Assembly: GCA_033344795.1 (NCBI GenBank)
Contig: JAWPMS010000001.1
Coordinates: forward strand, 2,147,645-2,211,644
Direction of reading: 5' to 3'
DNA: 64,000 nucleotides
Source of the DNA: Acidimicrobiia bacterium
Lineage (GTDB): Bacteria; Actinomycetota; Acidimicrobiia; Acidimicrobiales; SHLQ01
The notes under the pieces were generated by a model. It searched no databases. It worked only from the letters and a program-made list of their open reading frames with translations, and had not been told where the DNA came from. The translations under genes were made by a program, and so were the position numbers. Numbering within the stretch: the first letter of the stretch is position 1; every line of letters starts with the position of its first letter. Positions 17,630-26,854 of this stretch are shown in pieces.

Positions 17630-18621
17630 GCGCATTCATGAACGGAGGGGTCTCCGACGAGAAGACGCTGGAGGTCAAAGACCCGTCCAAATCACCTCGC
17701 TCGAGACGATCTGACAACAAGACTGTGGCCTTCGGCGACGCAAGCGCGGTTCGCAGCGTGCCGGCGTGGAGCGTGTTTTCCTTCATCCTGCTGATGCTGC
17801 TCTGGTGGTCGATCACCAAGGCCTGGGGGTATCCCGAGGACTTCAAAGCAACGCTCGACTCCGGACTTCGCGATCGTGAACTGTTCGAGCAGTGTCAGCG
17901 CGCCGACAATTGCGACACGAACAGCTACACGCAGATCGTCAGCCCCCTGACCTTCCCAAGTCTTCGCGACACGACAACTGCCGCTGGCACCCTGTTCTCT
18001 GATGGCTTTCGCAACATCTCCTTGTGGACACACACATGGGCGAGCCTTTGGCGAGTCTTGAAGGGCATGTTCTGGGGCACGGTCATCGGTGTACCGGTCG
18101 GCCTCTCCATGGGCCTGTCCAGCAGAGCCCGCGGCTTTTTCGACACGATCGTCGAAGCGTTCCGACCAATTCCACCGCTTGCACTTCTGCCGTTGTTCAC
18201 GCTCAGCTTCGGTTTGGGTGAAAAGGCTGCCGTGCCTCTGCTCGTCTTCGCGTCGGTCTGGATCATGATCATCGCCAGCCGTGCCGGTATCCGCAATGCA
18301 CAACTCTCGAAGGTCCGGGCTGCCTATTCGCTGGGAGCATCCAAACGGCAGCTTCTGCTGAAGGTCCTCATCCCAAATGCGCTGCCCGAGATGTTCACCG
18401 GACTGCGAGTGGCCCTTGGGGTGAGCTGGGGAACCCTCGTGGCTGCAGAGCTGTCAGGTGTGCAAGAAGGACTTGGTGCCATGATCTCCATCGCCAAGAA
18501 CTTCTCCCGTCTGGACGTCATCGTGGTGGGCATCGTCATCATCGCCGCCCTCGGTGTCTTGATGGACGTGCTGTTGCGGTTCCTCGAGTCGGTCCTCATC
18601 CCGTGGCAGGGCAAGGGCTGA
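17626..18621 (+). CDS. tauC: ABC transporter permease (TauC/NitT family)
   Basis: 331-aa ORF with multiple TM segments. ATGA overlap with tauB. Confidence 0.8.
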   Translation: MSAFMNGGVSDEKTLEVKDPSKSPRSRRSDNKTVAFGDASAVRSVPAWSVFSFILLMLLWWSITKAWGYPEDFKATLDSGLRDRELFEQCQRADNCDTNSYTQIVSPLTFPSLRDTTTAAGTLFSDGFRNISLWTHTWASLWRVLKGMFWGTVIGVPVGLSMGLSSRARGFFDTIVEAFRPIPPLALLPLFTLSFGLGEKAAVPLLVFASVWIMIIASRAGIRNAQLSKVRAAYSLGASKRQLLLKVLIPNALPEMFTGLRVALGVSWGTLVAAELSGVQEGLGAMISIAKNFSRLDVIVVGIVIIAALGVLMDVLLRFLESVLIPWQGKG

Positions 18622-20123
18622 TGGCCCAAGCGGGCTCGCGAGATGCAACGTCGATCGAGGCTCTCGCGTCCGCCGCGACCGACTTCTTGCTCAACGGTCC
18701 GCATGGCGACGACCCGGTTCTCAACTTTCTGAGTCCAGCCGAGCTGGCGGCGGCGTTCGATGACGTGATCCCGCTCGAGTTGGCAGATGAACTGCCCGCC
18801 CGGTCAGCAGAAGAACTACGCGCTGCGGTCGATCTGGTCATCCGGCACTCCGTGCAGACGAGCCACCCGCGGTTTTTCAACCAGAACTTCGCGGGCCCGG
18901 ACCCCATCGCCGTCGTGGGGGATTGGTTGGGAGCCGCGTTGAATACGACCAACGCCACGTTCGAGGCCGCTCCCGTGTTCACGCTGATGGAGGGGGCTGT
19001 ACTTCGCAAGCTCGCTGCTGTTGCCGGCATCGATCACGACAGTCGCTTCGACGCTCCACCGCCGGGCATGTTTGCACCTGGCGGATCGACTGCCACGTTG
19101 TACGCAATGCAGCTGGCTCGTCATCGGCGTCAACCAAACATGGTCGACGAGGGCGCTGGTTCCGAGCGACTCGTACTCTTCGTGTCCGACGCAGGGCACT
19201 ACGCGGCCGTGAAGTCGGCCGCCTTGCTCGGACTCGGCCGCAACAGTGTGATCGAGGTGGCCACCGACGACGTGGGTGTCATGGACGTCGACGCGCTTCG
19301 AGATGCGATCGACGCGGCGCGTACTGCGGGCGACTCGCCTTTCATGGTCATTGCGACGGCCGGCACAACGGTCACGTCGGCATTCGATCCGATCGACTCG
19401 ATCGCCGACGTGTGCCAGGCCGAGAGCCTCTGGCTCCACGTCGACGGATGTTACGGAGGCTCGGCACTTTTCAGCGCTGGCGAACGTCACCGTCTGGCCG
19501 GCGTCGAGCGTTCCGACTCGTTCGTCTGGAACCTTCACAAGATGATGGGCGTGACGCAGCAGTGCACGGCACTGCTTCTCGCCGATCCGGCGCAGCTCGG
19601 ACCGTGTTTTGCGACGGGAGCGGACTACATCTTTCAGCCCGACAAGCTCTATGGCGAGTTCGACTCGGGCGACAAACACTTTCAGTGCGCTCGCCGAGTG
19701 GATTCGTTGAAGCTGTGGCTTCTCTGGCAGGCGCGCGGCGATGCAGGGTTCGAGGCGCGGATCGACCACTCGGTCGCGATGGCGAATCGGGTGCGGCAGC
19801 TCGTCGACGACTCCGATGGAGAGTTCGCCTTCGTGGTTCGCGGCGATTTCACCAACGTCACGTTCCTGTGGGTCCCGCCCGAGTTTCGGCCGTTCGATCT
19901 GGCCGCGCTGTCCGAAGCAGACCACGCTGCGCTCCACGCGTTGTCACCGGTGATGAAGTCCAAGATGCAAGCTGAGGGAACGAGTCTGCTCGGGTTCCAA
20001 CCCGTGCTCGGCATCAACTGCCTGCGGTGGCTCTTCATGAACGACGCTGTAGGTGTTGACGACGTCGATGCGGTCTTCGCGCACCTCGGTCGGTATGGAC
20101 GTGAGGCCTGGGCCGAGCGATGA
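18621..20123 (+). CDS. group II PLP-dependent decarboxylase (glutamate / cysteine-sulfinate decarboxylase-like)
   Basis: ORF 18603..20123. ATG 18621 overlaps the tauC stop (TGATG). PLP-lysine motif [17 protein letters not shown] resembles the NPHKMMGVPLQCSA motif of GAD/CSAD enzymes. Confidence 0.8.
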   Translation: MAQAGSRDATSIEALASAATDFLLNGPHGDDPVLNFLSPAELAAAFDDVIPLELADELPARSAEELRAAVDLVIRHSVQTSHPRFFNQNFAGPDPIAVVGDWLGAALNTTNATFEAAPVFTLMEGAVLRKLAAVAGIDHDSRFDAPPPGMFAPGGSTATLYAMQLARHRRQPNMVDEGAGSERLVLFVSDAGHYAAVKSAALLGLGRNSVIEVATDDVGVMDVDALRDAIDAARTAGDSPFMVIATAGTTVTSAFDPIDSIADVCQAESLWLHVDGCYGGSALFSAGERHRLAGVERSDSFVWNLHKMMGVTQQCTALLLADPAQLGPCFATGADYIFQPDKLYGEFDSGDKHFQCARRVDSLKLWLLWQARGDAGFEARIDHSVAMANRVRQLVDDSDGEFAFVVRGDFTNVTFLWVPPEFRPFDLAALSEADHAALHALSPVMKSKMQAEGTSLLGFQPVLGINCLRWLFMNDAVGVDDVDAVFAHLGRYGREAWAER

Positions 20124-21013
20124 GCAAGCTCCAGACGGAGTGGTTCGAACGCGCACGACGCCACCCGAAACGAATTGTGCTCGCAGACGCTGGCGACGAA
20201 CGAGCCCTCGACGCAGCGGAACGGTTGGCGCGCGAGGGCCTCGTCGTGCCAATCCTCACCGATGACCTCGATGTGGTTCGCACAAGGGCGGTGGTCGCTG
20301 CTGCCGCAGAAGTAGGCGATCGAGCAGACTTGGATGATCCTTTGCACGTGGCGGTGCTGATGGTGCGCGCCGGGGAGGCTGACGGATGTGTGGCAGGAGC
20401 CAGCAGGCCGACGGCTGATGTACTTCGCGCCGGGATCCATCTACTCGGTGTCGCTCCCGATGCGACGACGATCAGCAGCTGCATGTTGATGTTGCTGCCC
20501 GACGGCAATCCAATCGTTTTTGGCGACTGTGCGGTGCTTCCCGATCCTGATATCGAACAGCTCGCATCGGTTGCGGTTTCGTCCGCGCGAACGTTCAGGC
20601 AACTCACGGGTCATGAGCCAGCTGTGGCGATGCTGTCGTTCTCCACAAAAGGCAGCGCTGATCACCCCCGCGTCGACAAGGTCCGCGAGGCCACCTACCT
20701 TGCGCAGCGCCAGGCGCCCCATCTGCGCCTCGATGGCGAGTTGCAGTTCGACGCAGCGTGGGTCCCCGCGGTCGGCGCTGCGAAGGCGCCGGACTCTGAG
20801 GTCGCAGGTTCGGCGAACGTCTTCGTCTTCCCTGATCTCGACTCCGGCAACATCGCGTACAAGATTGCCGAGCGCCTCGGTGGTGCTGCAGCTTTTGGGC
20901 CGCTCCTTCAAGGTGTGGACGGAGTCTTACACGATCTCTCTCGGGGTTGTTCGGTCGAGGACATCGTCAACGTGGCGGTGATCTCCGCACTCCAAGCGCA
21001 ACACGACGGCTAA
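20120..21013 (+). CDS. pta: phosphate acetyltransferase
   Basis: 297-aa ORF with ATGA overlap to the decarboxylase gene. Phosphate acetyl/butyryl transferase pattern (…[14 protein letters not shown]…[24 protein letters not shown]). Confidence 0.75.
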   Translation: MSKLQTEWFERARRHPKRIVLADAGDERALDAAERLAREGLVVPILTDDLDVVRTRAVVAAAAEVGDRADLDDPLHVAVLMVRAGEADGCVAGASRPTADVLRAGIHLLGVAPDATTISSCMLMLLPDGNPIVFGDCAVLPDPDIEQLASVAVSSARTFRQLTGHEPAVAMLSFSTKGSADHPRVDKVREATYLAQRQAPHLRLDGELQFDAAWVPAVGAAKAPDSEVAGSANVFVFPDLDSGNIAYKIAERLGGAAAFGPLLQGVDGVLHDLSRGCSVEDIVNVAVISALQAQHDG

Positions 21014-21046
21014 CGGTATGGTGAAAGTCGCAAACTGAAGGACCTT

Positions 21047-21634
21047 GTGGCAACCACCGACAGCGATAGTCGCCCCCAACTCGACACAGAAGTCGTTCTT
21101 TCCATCGCGGGCAAGATCGCCGACGAAGAGGGCCTCGACGCTCTGACGCTCACCCGTGTCGCACGCGATCTGGGGATCAGTCAGCCTGCGTTGTATCGCC
21201 ATGTCGACGGGTACGACGATCTGATGCGAAGTCTCAGTCTCGAGGGTCGCCAACTGCTCGAAGAGCGACTTCGCGAGGCAGCGGTGGGGGTCTCTGCCGA
21301 TGATGCCGTACGGGCCATGGGCCGTGCCTGGCGCGAGGTTGTTCGAGAGCGGCCTGGTCTTCTTGCGGCAACGGATCGTTACCCATGTGCAGGAGATGCC
21401 GAACTCGAGGAGGCCGTCGAGAACATCGTCGAGACTCTCGGATTGGCACTCGTGGGGTATGGCCTCGATGAGGTCGACCGAGTCCACGCGGCGCGAGCGC
21501 TCCGGAGCGCGTTTCATGGGTTTGCTCATCTCGAGGCCGGTGACGGTCACCCCTTGCCCCATGACCTCGATGACACGTTCGAACACATCGTCGAGATCCT
21601 GTGCGCCGGAATCCAACGGTTGGCCGACGCGTAA
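21047..21634 (+). CDS. TetR-family transcriptional regulator
   Basis: 195-aa ORF (GTG start). HTH LTLTRVARDLGISQPALYRHV. Confidence 0.85.
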   Translation: MATTDSDSRPQLDTEVVLSIAGKIADEEGLDALTLTRVARDLGISQPALYRHVDGYDDLMRSLSLEGRQLLEERLREAAVGVSADDAVRAMGRAWREVVRERPGLLAATDRYPCAGDAELEEAVENIVETLGLALVGYGLDEVDRVHAARALRSAFHGFAHLEAGDGHPLPHDLDDTFEHIVEILCAGIQRLADA

Positions 21635-21664
21635 CGAGAGCTGCGAGCGTCTGGGGGAATCGTC

Positions 21665-22972
21665 ATGAGCTGTCGTCACTACGAGTTGGGGATGGACGGC
21701 GCTGACACGGCGTTCAGCGTCGACACTTCAAACATCACGTTTGGTGCAGGGAGTCTTTCCGAGGCGGGCGACGTTGCACGCAGTCTCGGGATCGGTCGGG
21801 TGGCCGTGTTCACCGATGAAGTCTTGGCGGCGAGCCCACATGTGGCGCGTGTGTTGGAGTCGCTCGCCGGTGCGGGTGTCGAGATCGCGTTGTATGCCGA
21901 CGTCCGTGTCGAACCGACCGATGAGTCCTTTCGAGAGGCAACCAGATTCGCCACCGAGGCGAAGGTCGACGGTTTCGTCTCTGTCGGCGGTGGTTCCGTG
22001 ATCGATACCGCGAAGGCCGCGAACCTCTATTCCACCCACCCCGCCGACTTCCTCGCATATGTGAACGCCCCGATTGGTAGCGGTCTGTCCGTACCCGGCC
22101 CGCTGAAACCGCACATTGCCTGCCCCACGACGTCGGGAACTGGCAGTGAGTGCACGGGTATCGCGGTATTCGACCTGCTCGAGATGAGAGCCAAGACCGG
22201 AATCGCGTCGAAGATGCTTCGTCCAACGCAAGCCCTCATCGATCCGGAGACCACACGTACCCTTCCGCCAAACGTCGTTGCCTCGACCGCATTCGACGTG
22301 CTGAGCCATGCGCTCGAGTCGTATACGGCTCGGCCATATTCCAAACGCCCGGCGGCCGCCGCCCCTTCACTTCGGCCGTCGAGCCAAGGTTCGAACCCGT
22401 GGAGTGACCTTGGGTGCGCCGAGGCACTCCGTCTCCTCGGTTTGTATCTGGTTCGGGCAGTCGACAGCGCAGACGATGTCGAGGCTCGGCATCAGCTGAT
22501 GTGGGCGGCGACCCTGGCTGGTATCGCCTTCGGCAACGCTGGCTGCCATGCTCCGCACGGGATGTCCTATTCGGTTTCTGGCCTCGTGGGTGACTTTCGA
22601 CCGGACGGCTATCCGATCGCTGCGCCAATCATCCCGCACGGTATGTCGGTCATCGTGAACGCACCTTCCGTCTTTCGCCACACCGCCGCAGTAACGCCTG
22701 AGCGGCATCTCGATGGTGCGCGTTGGTTGGGCGCGGACGCGAGTGATGCGGCGATATCGGAGGCTGGCGAGGTCCTCTCGGAACGAATCATCGAACTCAT
22801 GAGGCGCACGGGCATGCCAAACGGGCTGCATGGGGTTGGCTTCGGCACCGACGACATCGATGCGCTCGTTGATGGATCGATGAAACAACGTCGGCTTCTC
22901 GACAACGCTCCCATCGAGATCGACCGCGAGGTTCTCTCCGACCTCTATGTGGGCGCAGCTTCGTACTGGTAG
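21665..22972 (+). CDS. iron-containing alcohol dehydrogenase, hydroxyacid-oxoacid transhydrogenase (ADHFE1)-like
   Basis: 435-aa [13 protein letters not shown]…[18 protein letters not shown]…YVNAPIGSG…[17 protein letters not shown]…[13 protein letters not shown] closely follows the HOT subfamily pattern as I recall it. Confidence 0.75.
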   Translation: MSCRHYELGMDGADTAFSVDTSNITFGAGSLSEAGDVARSLGIGRVAVFTDEVLAASPHVARVLESLAGAGVEIALYADVRVEPTDESFREATRFATEAKVDGFVSVGGGSVIDTAKAANLYSTHPADFLAYVNAPIGSGLSVPGPLKPHIACPTTSGTGSECTGIAVFDLLEMRAKTGIASKMLRPTQALIDPETTRTLPPNVVASTAFDVLSHALESYTARPYSKRPAAAAPSLRPSSQGSNPWSDLGCAEALRLLGLYLVRAVDSADDVEARHQLMWAATLAGIAFGNAGCHAPHGMSYSVSGLVGDFRPDGYPIAAPIIPHGMSVIVNAPSVFRHTAAVTPERHLDGARWLGADASDAAISEAGEVLSERIIELMRRTGMPNGLHGVGFGTDDIDALVDGSMKQRRLLDNAPIEIDREVLSDLYVGAASYW

Positions 22973-22988
22973 ATCCCGCGCCCTGTCG

Positions 22989-23789
22989 TCAGCCGAGCTG
23001 AAGGGCGGACAACTTGTCGAGGCCGAGGGCCTCCCGGATTTCCTCGGCTGCAGCGATCGCCCTCTCGCCGATGACATTGAGGCGATCGCCGGCCATGCGA
23101 ATCGTCGGTGCCTGGATTGCGATCGCCGCGACGGCCAATCCGTCTGCATTGAGAATCGGTGCGCCGACGCAGCTGACGCCCTCGATGCTCTCTTGATTGT
23201 CGACGCTGTACCCGCGTGAGCGTGTGCGTCGCAGCTCCTCTTCGAACACCTCGCGAGAGGTGATGGTCATTGGCGTGACCGCGCGGTAGTTGAGTTCGGG
23301 GAGGTCCGCCCCCGAGAAGGCCAGAAGTGCCTTGCCCATCGAGGAGCAATGCATCGATATCCGGCTGCCAGCCGGTTGATCGAACCGCAACGGCTGCACG
23401 GACTCGACGCGGAGAATCACGACGACCTCGTTGCCGTCGGCCACGCCCATGTTCACGGACTCGCCAGTTATCCCGCCGATTCGCTCCAGTATTGGAAGTG
23501 CTCGATCGAAGCCCCATGAGTCTCGGGCGCTTTGTCCAAGCACGTGTGCCGCGTGACCGAGGTGGTACCGGTCGGTCTCTGGACTCTGCTCGAGGTAGCC
23601 ACTTCGGACCAGTGCTTGCACCAGCCGATGCACCGTGCTCGGGCTGAGCGATGAACGTTTGGCGATATCGGTGATGCCCTGTTCGGGCGAGTCCACGAAA
23701 CTCGAGAGTACCTCGAGAGCGCGATCGATCGACTTGGTGCCGGCAACGGTCTTGTTGCCAGAAGCAGCGTCGGTGATTTTCGCACTCAT
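22989..23789 (-). CDS. IclR-family transcriptional regulator
   Basis: 266-aa ORF. N-terminal wHTH SIDRALEVLSSFVDSPEQGITDIAKRSSLSPSTVHRLVQAL plus an IclR effector domain. Confidence 0.85.
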   Translation of the reverse strand: MSAKITDAASGNKTVAGTKSIDRALEVLSSFVDSPEQGITDIAKRSSLSPSTVHRLVQALVRSGYLEQSPETDRYHLGHAAHVLGQSARDSWGFDRALPILERIGGITGESVNMGVADGNEVVVILRVESVQPLRFDQPAGSRISMHCSSMGKALLAFSGADLPELNYRAVTPMTITSREVFEEELRRTRSRGYSVDNQESIEGVSCVGAPILNADGLAVAAIAIQAPTIRMAGDRLNVIGERAIAAAEEIREALGLDKLSALQLG

Positions 23790-23942
23790 CTGATACGCCC
23801 AAGATAGCCGTCCAACGTGCGCTCACCAGTAGTCGGCGTCACGCGCCCAGTAGGAGTTAGAACGTAGATTCCACTATATGGAACAGCTGAAACGGGTCTA
23901 GTATGGTGAGCGATTATGACTGATGTTCTCTCTTACTGATGT

Positions 23943-23957
23943 GTTAGAGCTTCTAAC
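23943..23957. promoter_or_regulatory. perfect palindrome GTTAGA-GCT-TCTAAC (candidate operator) upstream of xsc
   Basis: Read from sequence. Same arms as the site at 14142-14156. The same intergenic region also holds TTCCA-N5-TGGAA (23869-23883) and GGTGA-N6-TCACC (23970-23985). Confidence 0.55.
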
Positions 23958-24030
23958 ATGGCAGGCTGTGGTGAGATATGTCACCAGCGGGATCCAACCG
24001 CCAACTTCGTACTGAAACGGGGAAGTACCA

Positions 24031-25800
24031 ATGACACGAATGACGCCCAGTGAGGCATTTGTCGAGACGATGGTTGCCAATGGTGTCGATACCACCTTCG
24101 GCATCATGGGTTCGGCGTTCATGGACGCGATGGACATCTTCGCTCCGGCCGGAATTCGCCTCGTACCCGTCGTGCATGAGCAGGGCGCAGCCCACATGGC
24201 AGACGGGTATGCGCGCGTCTCGGGCCGTCACGGTGTCGTGATCGGTCAGAACGGGCCGGGTATCTCCAACTGTGTCACGGCGATTGCGGCAGCCTTCTGG
24301 GCTCACACTCCGGTCGTGATCGTGACCCCACAGACGGGCTCGGGCGGCATTGGTTTGGGCGGCTTTCAAGAAGCCAACCAGCTGCCGATGTTCGAGGAGT
24401 TCTGCAAGTACCAAGGCCAGGTCGACAACGAGAGCCGGATGGCCGAGATCACCGCACGGGCCTTCGACCGTGCAATTTCCGACATGGGGCCAACTCAGAT
24501 CAACATTCCTCGCGATCGTTTCTATGGCGACATCGACGTCGAGATTCCACAGCCAAAACGCCTCGATCGTGGTCCCGGCGGATCACGGACCCTGGATGAA
24601 GCAGCGGCCCTGCTCGCAGAAGCCACCTTCCCCGTCATGGTCAGCGGTGGTGGCGTCGTGCAGGGCGATGCGATGGACGAAGCAGTGGCCCTCGCAGAAC
24701 GTCTCGGATGCCCGGTGGTCAACAGCTACCTCCACAACGACTCGTTCCCAGCCAGCCACCCGCAGTGGACGGGCCCGCTTGGGTATCAGGGTTCAAAGGC
24801 CGCAATGAAGCTGGTCAACAAGGCCGACGTCGTGCTTGCACTCGGGACGCGCCTTGGTCCGTTCGGAACACTGCCACAACACGACATGGACTACTGGCCC
24901 AAGGACGCCAAGATCATCCAGGTCGACGCAGACCACAAGATGCTTGGCCTGGTGAAGCCTGTTTCGGTCGCCATTCATGGTGATGCGGGCGAAGCCGCAG
25001 TTGCGCTCCTCGACCGCCTCAACGACGGTCGCACCCTCGCCTGTGACGCAACCAAAGATGAGCGCGCCGCCACGACACAAGCGGAAAAGGACGCATGGGA
25101 AGCCGAGCTCGACGAGTGGATTCACGAGAAGGATGACTTCTCACTCGAGATGATCGAGGAAGCCAAGAACGAAGAAGGCAACTGGCTGCACCCGCGTCAA
25201 GTACTTCGTGAACTGGAGAAGGCGATGCCTCCCCGAGTCATGGTCTCGACCGACATCGGCAACATCAACTCCGTGGCGAACAGCTACCTGCGCTTCGAGG
25301 AGCCGAGAAGTTTCTTTGCCGCTATGAGCTGGGGCAACTGTGGCTACGCTCTGCCGACGATCATCGGAGCCAAGGCGGCCGCTCCCGATCGTCCAGCCAT
25401 CTCCTACGCAGGCGACGGCGCGTGGGCTATGAGCATGACCGAGATTCTCACGGCAGTGCGCCACGACATCCCGGTCACCGCAATCGTCTTCCACAACCGC
25501 CATTGGGGCGCCGAGAAGAAGAACCAGGTCGACTTCTACGGTCGTCGCTTCGTCGCAGGCGAACTCAACGGTGGCGAGAACTTCGCAGAGATCGCCGAGA
25601 CATTTGGCGCTGTTGGCGTGCGCGTCGACGACATCGACAACGTCGGTCCGGCGCTCAAGGCCGCAATCGATGCGCAGATGAACGAAGGCAAGACCACCGT
25701 GATCGAGATCATGTGCACCAAGGAGTTGGGCGACCCGTTCCGCAAGGATGCGCTCTCGAAGCCTGTGCGCCACTTGCCCAAGTACAAAGACTACGTCTGA
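24031..25800 (+). CDS. xsc: sulfoacetaldehyde acetyltransferase (ThDP-dependent)
   Basis: 589-aa ORF. N-terminus MTPSEAFVETMVANGV…GIMGSAF and ThDP motif GDGAWAMSMTEILTAVRHDIPVTAIVFHNRHWGAEKKNQVDFY match my memory of Xsc. Length is typical (about 590 aa). Confidence 0.8.
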   Translation: MTRMTPSEAFVETMVANGVDTTFGIMGSAFMDAMDIFAPAGIRLVPVVHEQGAAHMADGYARVSGRHGVVIGQNGPGISNCVTAIAAAFWAHTPVVIVTPQTGSGGIGLGGFQEANQLPMFEEFCKYQGQVDNESRMAEITARAFDRAISDMGPTQINIPRDRFYGDIDVEIPQPKRLDRGPGGSRTLDEAAALLAEATFPVMVSGGGVVQGDAMDEAVALAERLGCPVVNSYLHNDSFPASHPQWTGPLGYQGSKAAMKLVNKADVVLALGTRLGPFGTLPQHDMDYWPKDAKIIQVDADHKMLGLVKPVSVAIHGDAGEAAVALLDRLNDGRTLACDATKDERAATTQAEKDAWEAELDEWIHEKDDFSLEMIEEAKNEEGNWLHPRQVLRELEKAMPPRVMVSTDIGNINSVANSYLRFEEPRSFFAAMSWGNCGYALPTIIGAKAAAPDRPAISYAGDGAWAMSMTEILTAVRHDIPVTAIVFHNRHWGAEKKNQVDFYGRRFVAGELNGGENFAEIAETFGAVGVRVDDIDNVGPALKAAIDAQMNEGKTTVIEIMCTKELGDPFRKDALSKPVRHLPKYKDYV

Positions 25801-25850
25801 CCAGCGCCTTCGATGTGTGCCCACCGAGCCCGCTCTCGGGCGATCGGTTG

Positions 25851-25897
25851 AAAAAGGGGTCTGACCCCTTTTTCAAAAATGGGGTCAGACCCCTTTC
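25851..25897. terminator. pair of mutually inverted hairpins A5-GGGGTCTGACCCC-T5 / A5T-GGGGTCAGACCCC-T3 (bidirectional terminator-like)
   Basis: Read from sequence, between xsc and cobS. Confidence 0.6.
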
Positions 25898-25920
25898 TTC
25901 CCAGAAGGTAGATTTGCGCC

Positions 25921-26844
25921 GTGAATGAACAGCCGACGGAACTGGTTGATGTTGAAGAGGTCTTCGGATTTCGGTCCGATCTGAAGGTGCAGGCGTTTGT
26001 CGAGCCCACCGAGTGGACGCCCCAGATCGATGATGCCTACCAGTTCGATCCAGAGGTAACGCTCGCCATCTTGTCGGGTTTCGTGCACAACCGCCGAGTG
26101 CTCGTTCAGGGTGCGCATGGCACAGGAAAGTCGACCCACATCGAACAGGTAGCGGCCCGGCTCAATTGGCCAGCCGTGCGCGTGAATCTCGATGGCCACA
26201 TCAGTCGCATGGACCTGGTTGGTCGCGACACCATCGTTGTGCGCGACGGTTTGCAGGTCACCGAATTCGCAGAAGGCATGTTGCCATGGGCGCTGCAGAA
26301 CCCCGTTGCGTTGATCTTCGACGAGTTCGATGCAGGGCGCCCGGACGTCATGTTCGTCATTCAGCGAGTTCTCGAAAAGGACGGCCGGCTGACACTGCTG
26401 GACCAGAATCGGGTCATCACCCCGCATCCAGCGTTTCGCCTTTTCGCCACAGCGAACACGGTTGGTCTGGGCAACCTGACGGGCCTGTATCACGGGACGC
26501 AGGTGCTCAATCAAGCACAGATCGACCGTTTCAACGTCGTTGCGACCCTCAACTACCTCTCTCCGGAATCGGAGATCGACATCGTGCTCGCCCAAGTGCC
26601 TGACGCGAACCGCGAAACCGTTGCGAAGATGGTGGCGGTGGCCGGACTCAGCCGTGACGGCTTCGCGGCTGGCGATCTGTCGACGGTGATGTCTCCACGA
26701 ACGGTGATCAGCTGGGCGGAGAACGACGTCATCTTCGACGATGTCGGAGCGGCGTTCCGTCTTGCGTTCGTCAACAAGTGTGACGAGGCCGAACAACCGA
26801 TCGTCGGCGAGTACTTCCAACGAGCGTTCTCACAAGAACTCTGA
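25921..26844 (+). CDS. cobS: cobaltochelatase subunit CobS (MoxR-type AAA+ ATPase)
   Basis: 307-aa ORF (GTG start). …[33 protein letters not shown]…[41 protein letters not shown] follows the CobS pattern. Confidence 0.8.
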   Translation: MNEQPTELVDVEEVFGFRSDLKVQAFVEPTEWTPQIDDAYQFDPEVTLAILSGFVHNRRVLVQGAHGTGKSTHIEQVAARLNWPAVRVNLDGHISRMDLVGRDTIVVRDGLQVTEFAEGMLPWALQNPVALIFDEFDAGRPDVMFVIQRVLEKDGRLTLLDQNRVITPHPAFRLFATANTVGLGNLTGLYHGTQVLNQAQIDRFNVVATLNYLSPESEIDIVLAQVPDANRETVAKMVAVAGLSRDGFAAGDLSTVMSPRTVISWAENDVIFDDVGAAFRLAFVNKCDEAEQPIVGEYFQRAFSQEL

Positions 26845-26854
26845 GGACCACTGC

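Noticed and set aside
26741-26854. Longer CobT start at 26741, overlapping cobS by 104 nt.
   Set aside because: The extension is Ser/Arg-rich with no similarity to CobT. ATG 26855 lies just after the cobS stop.
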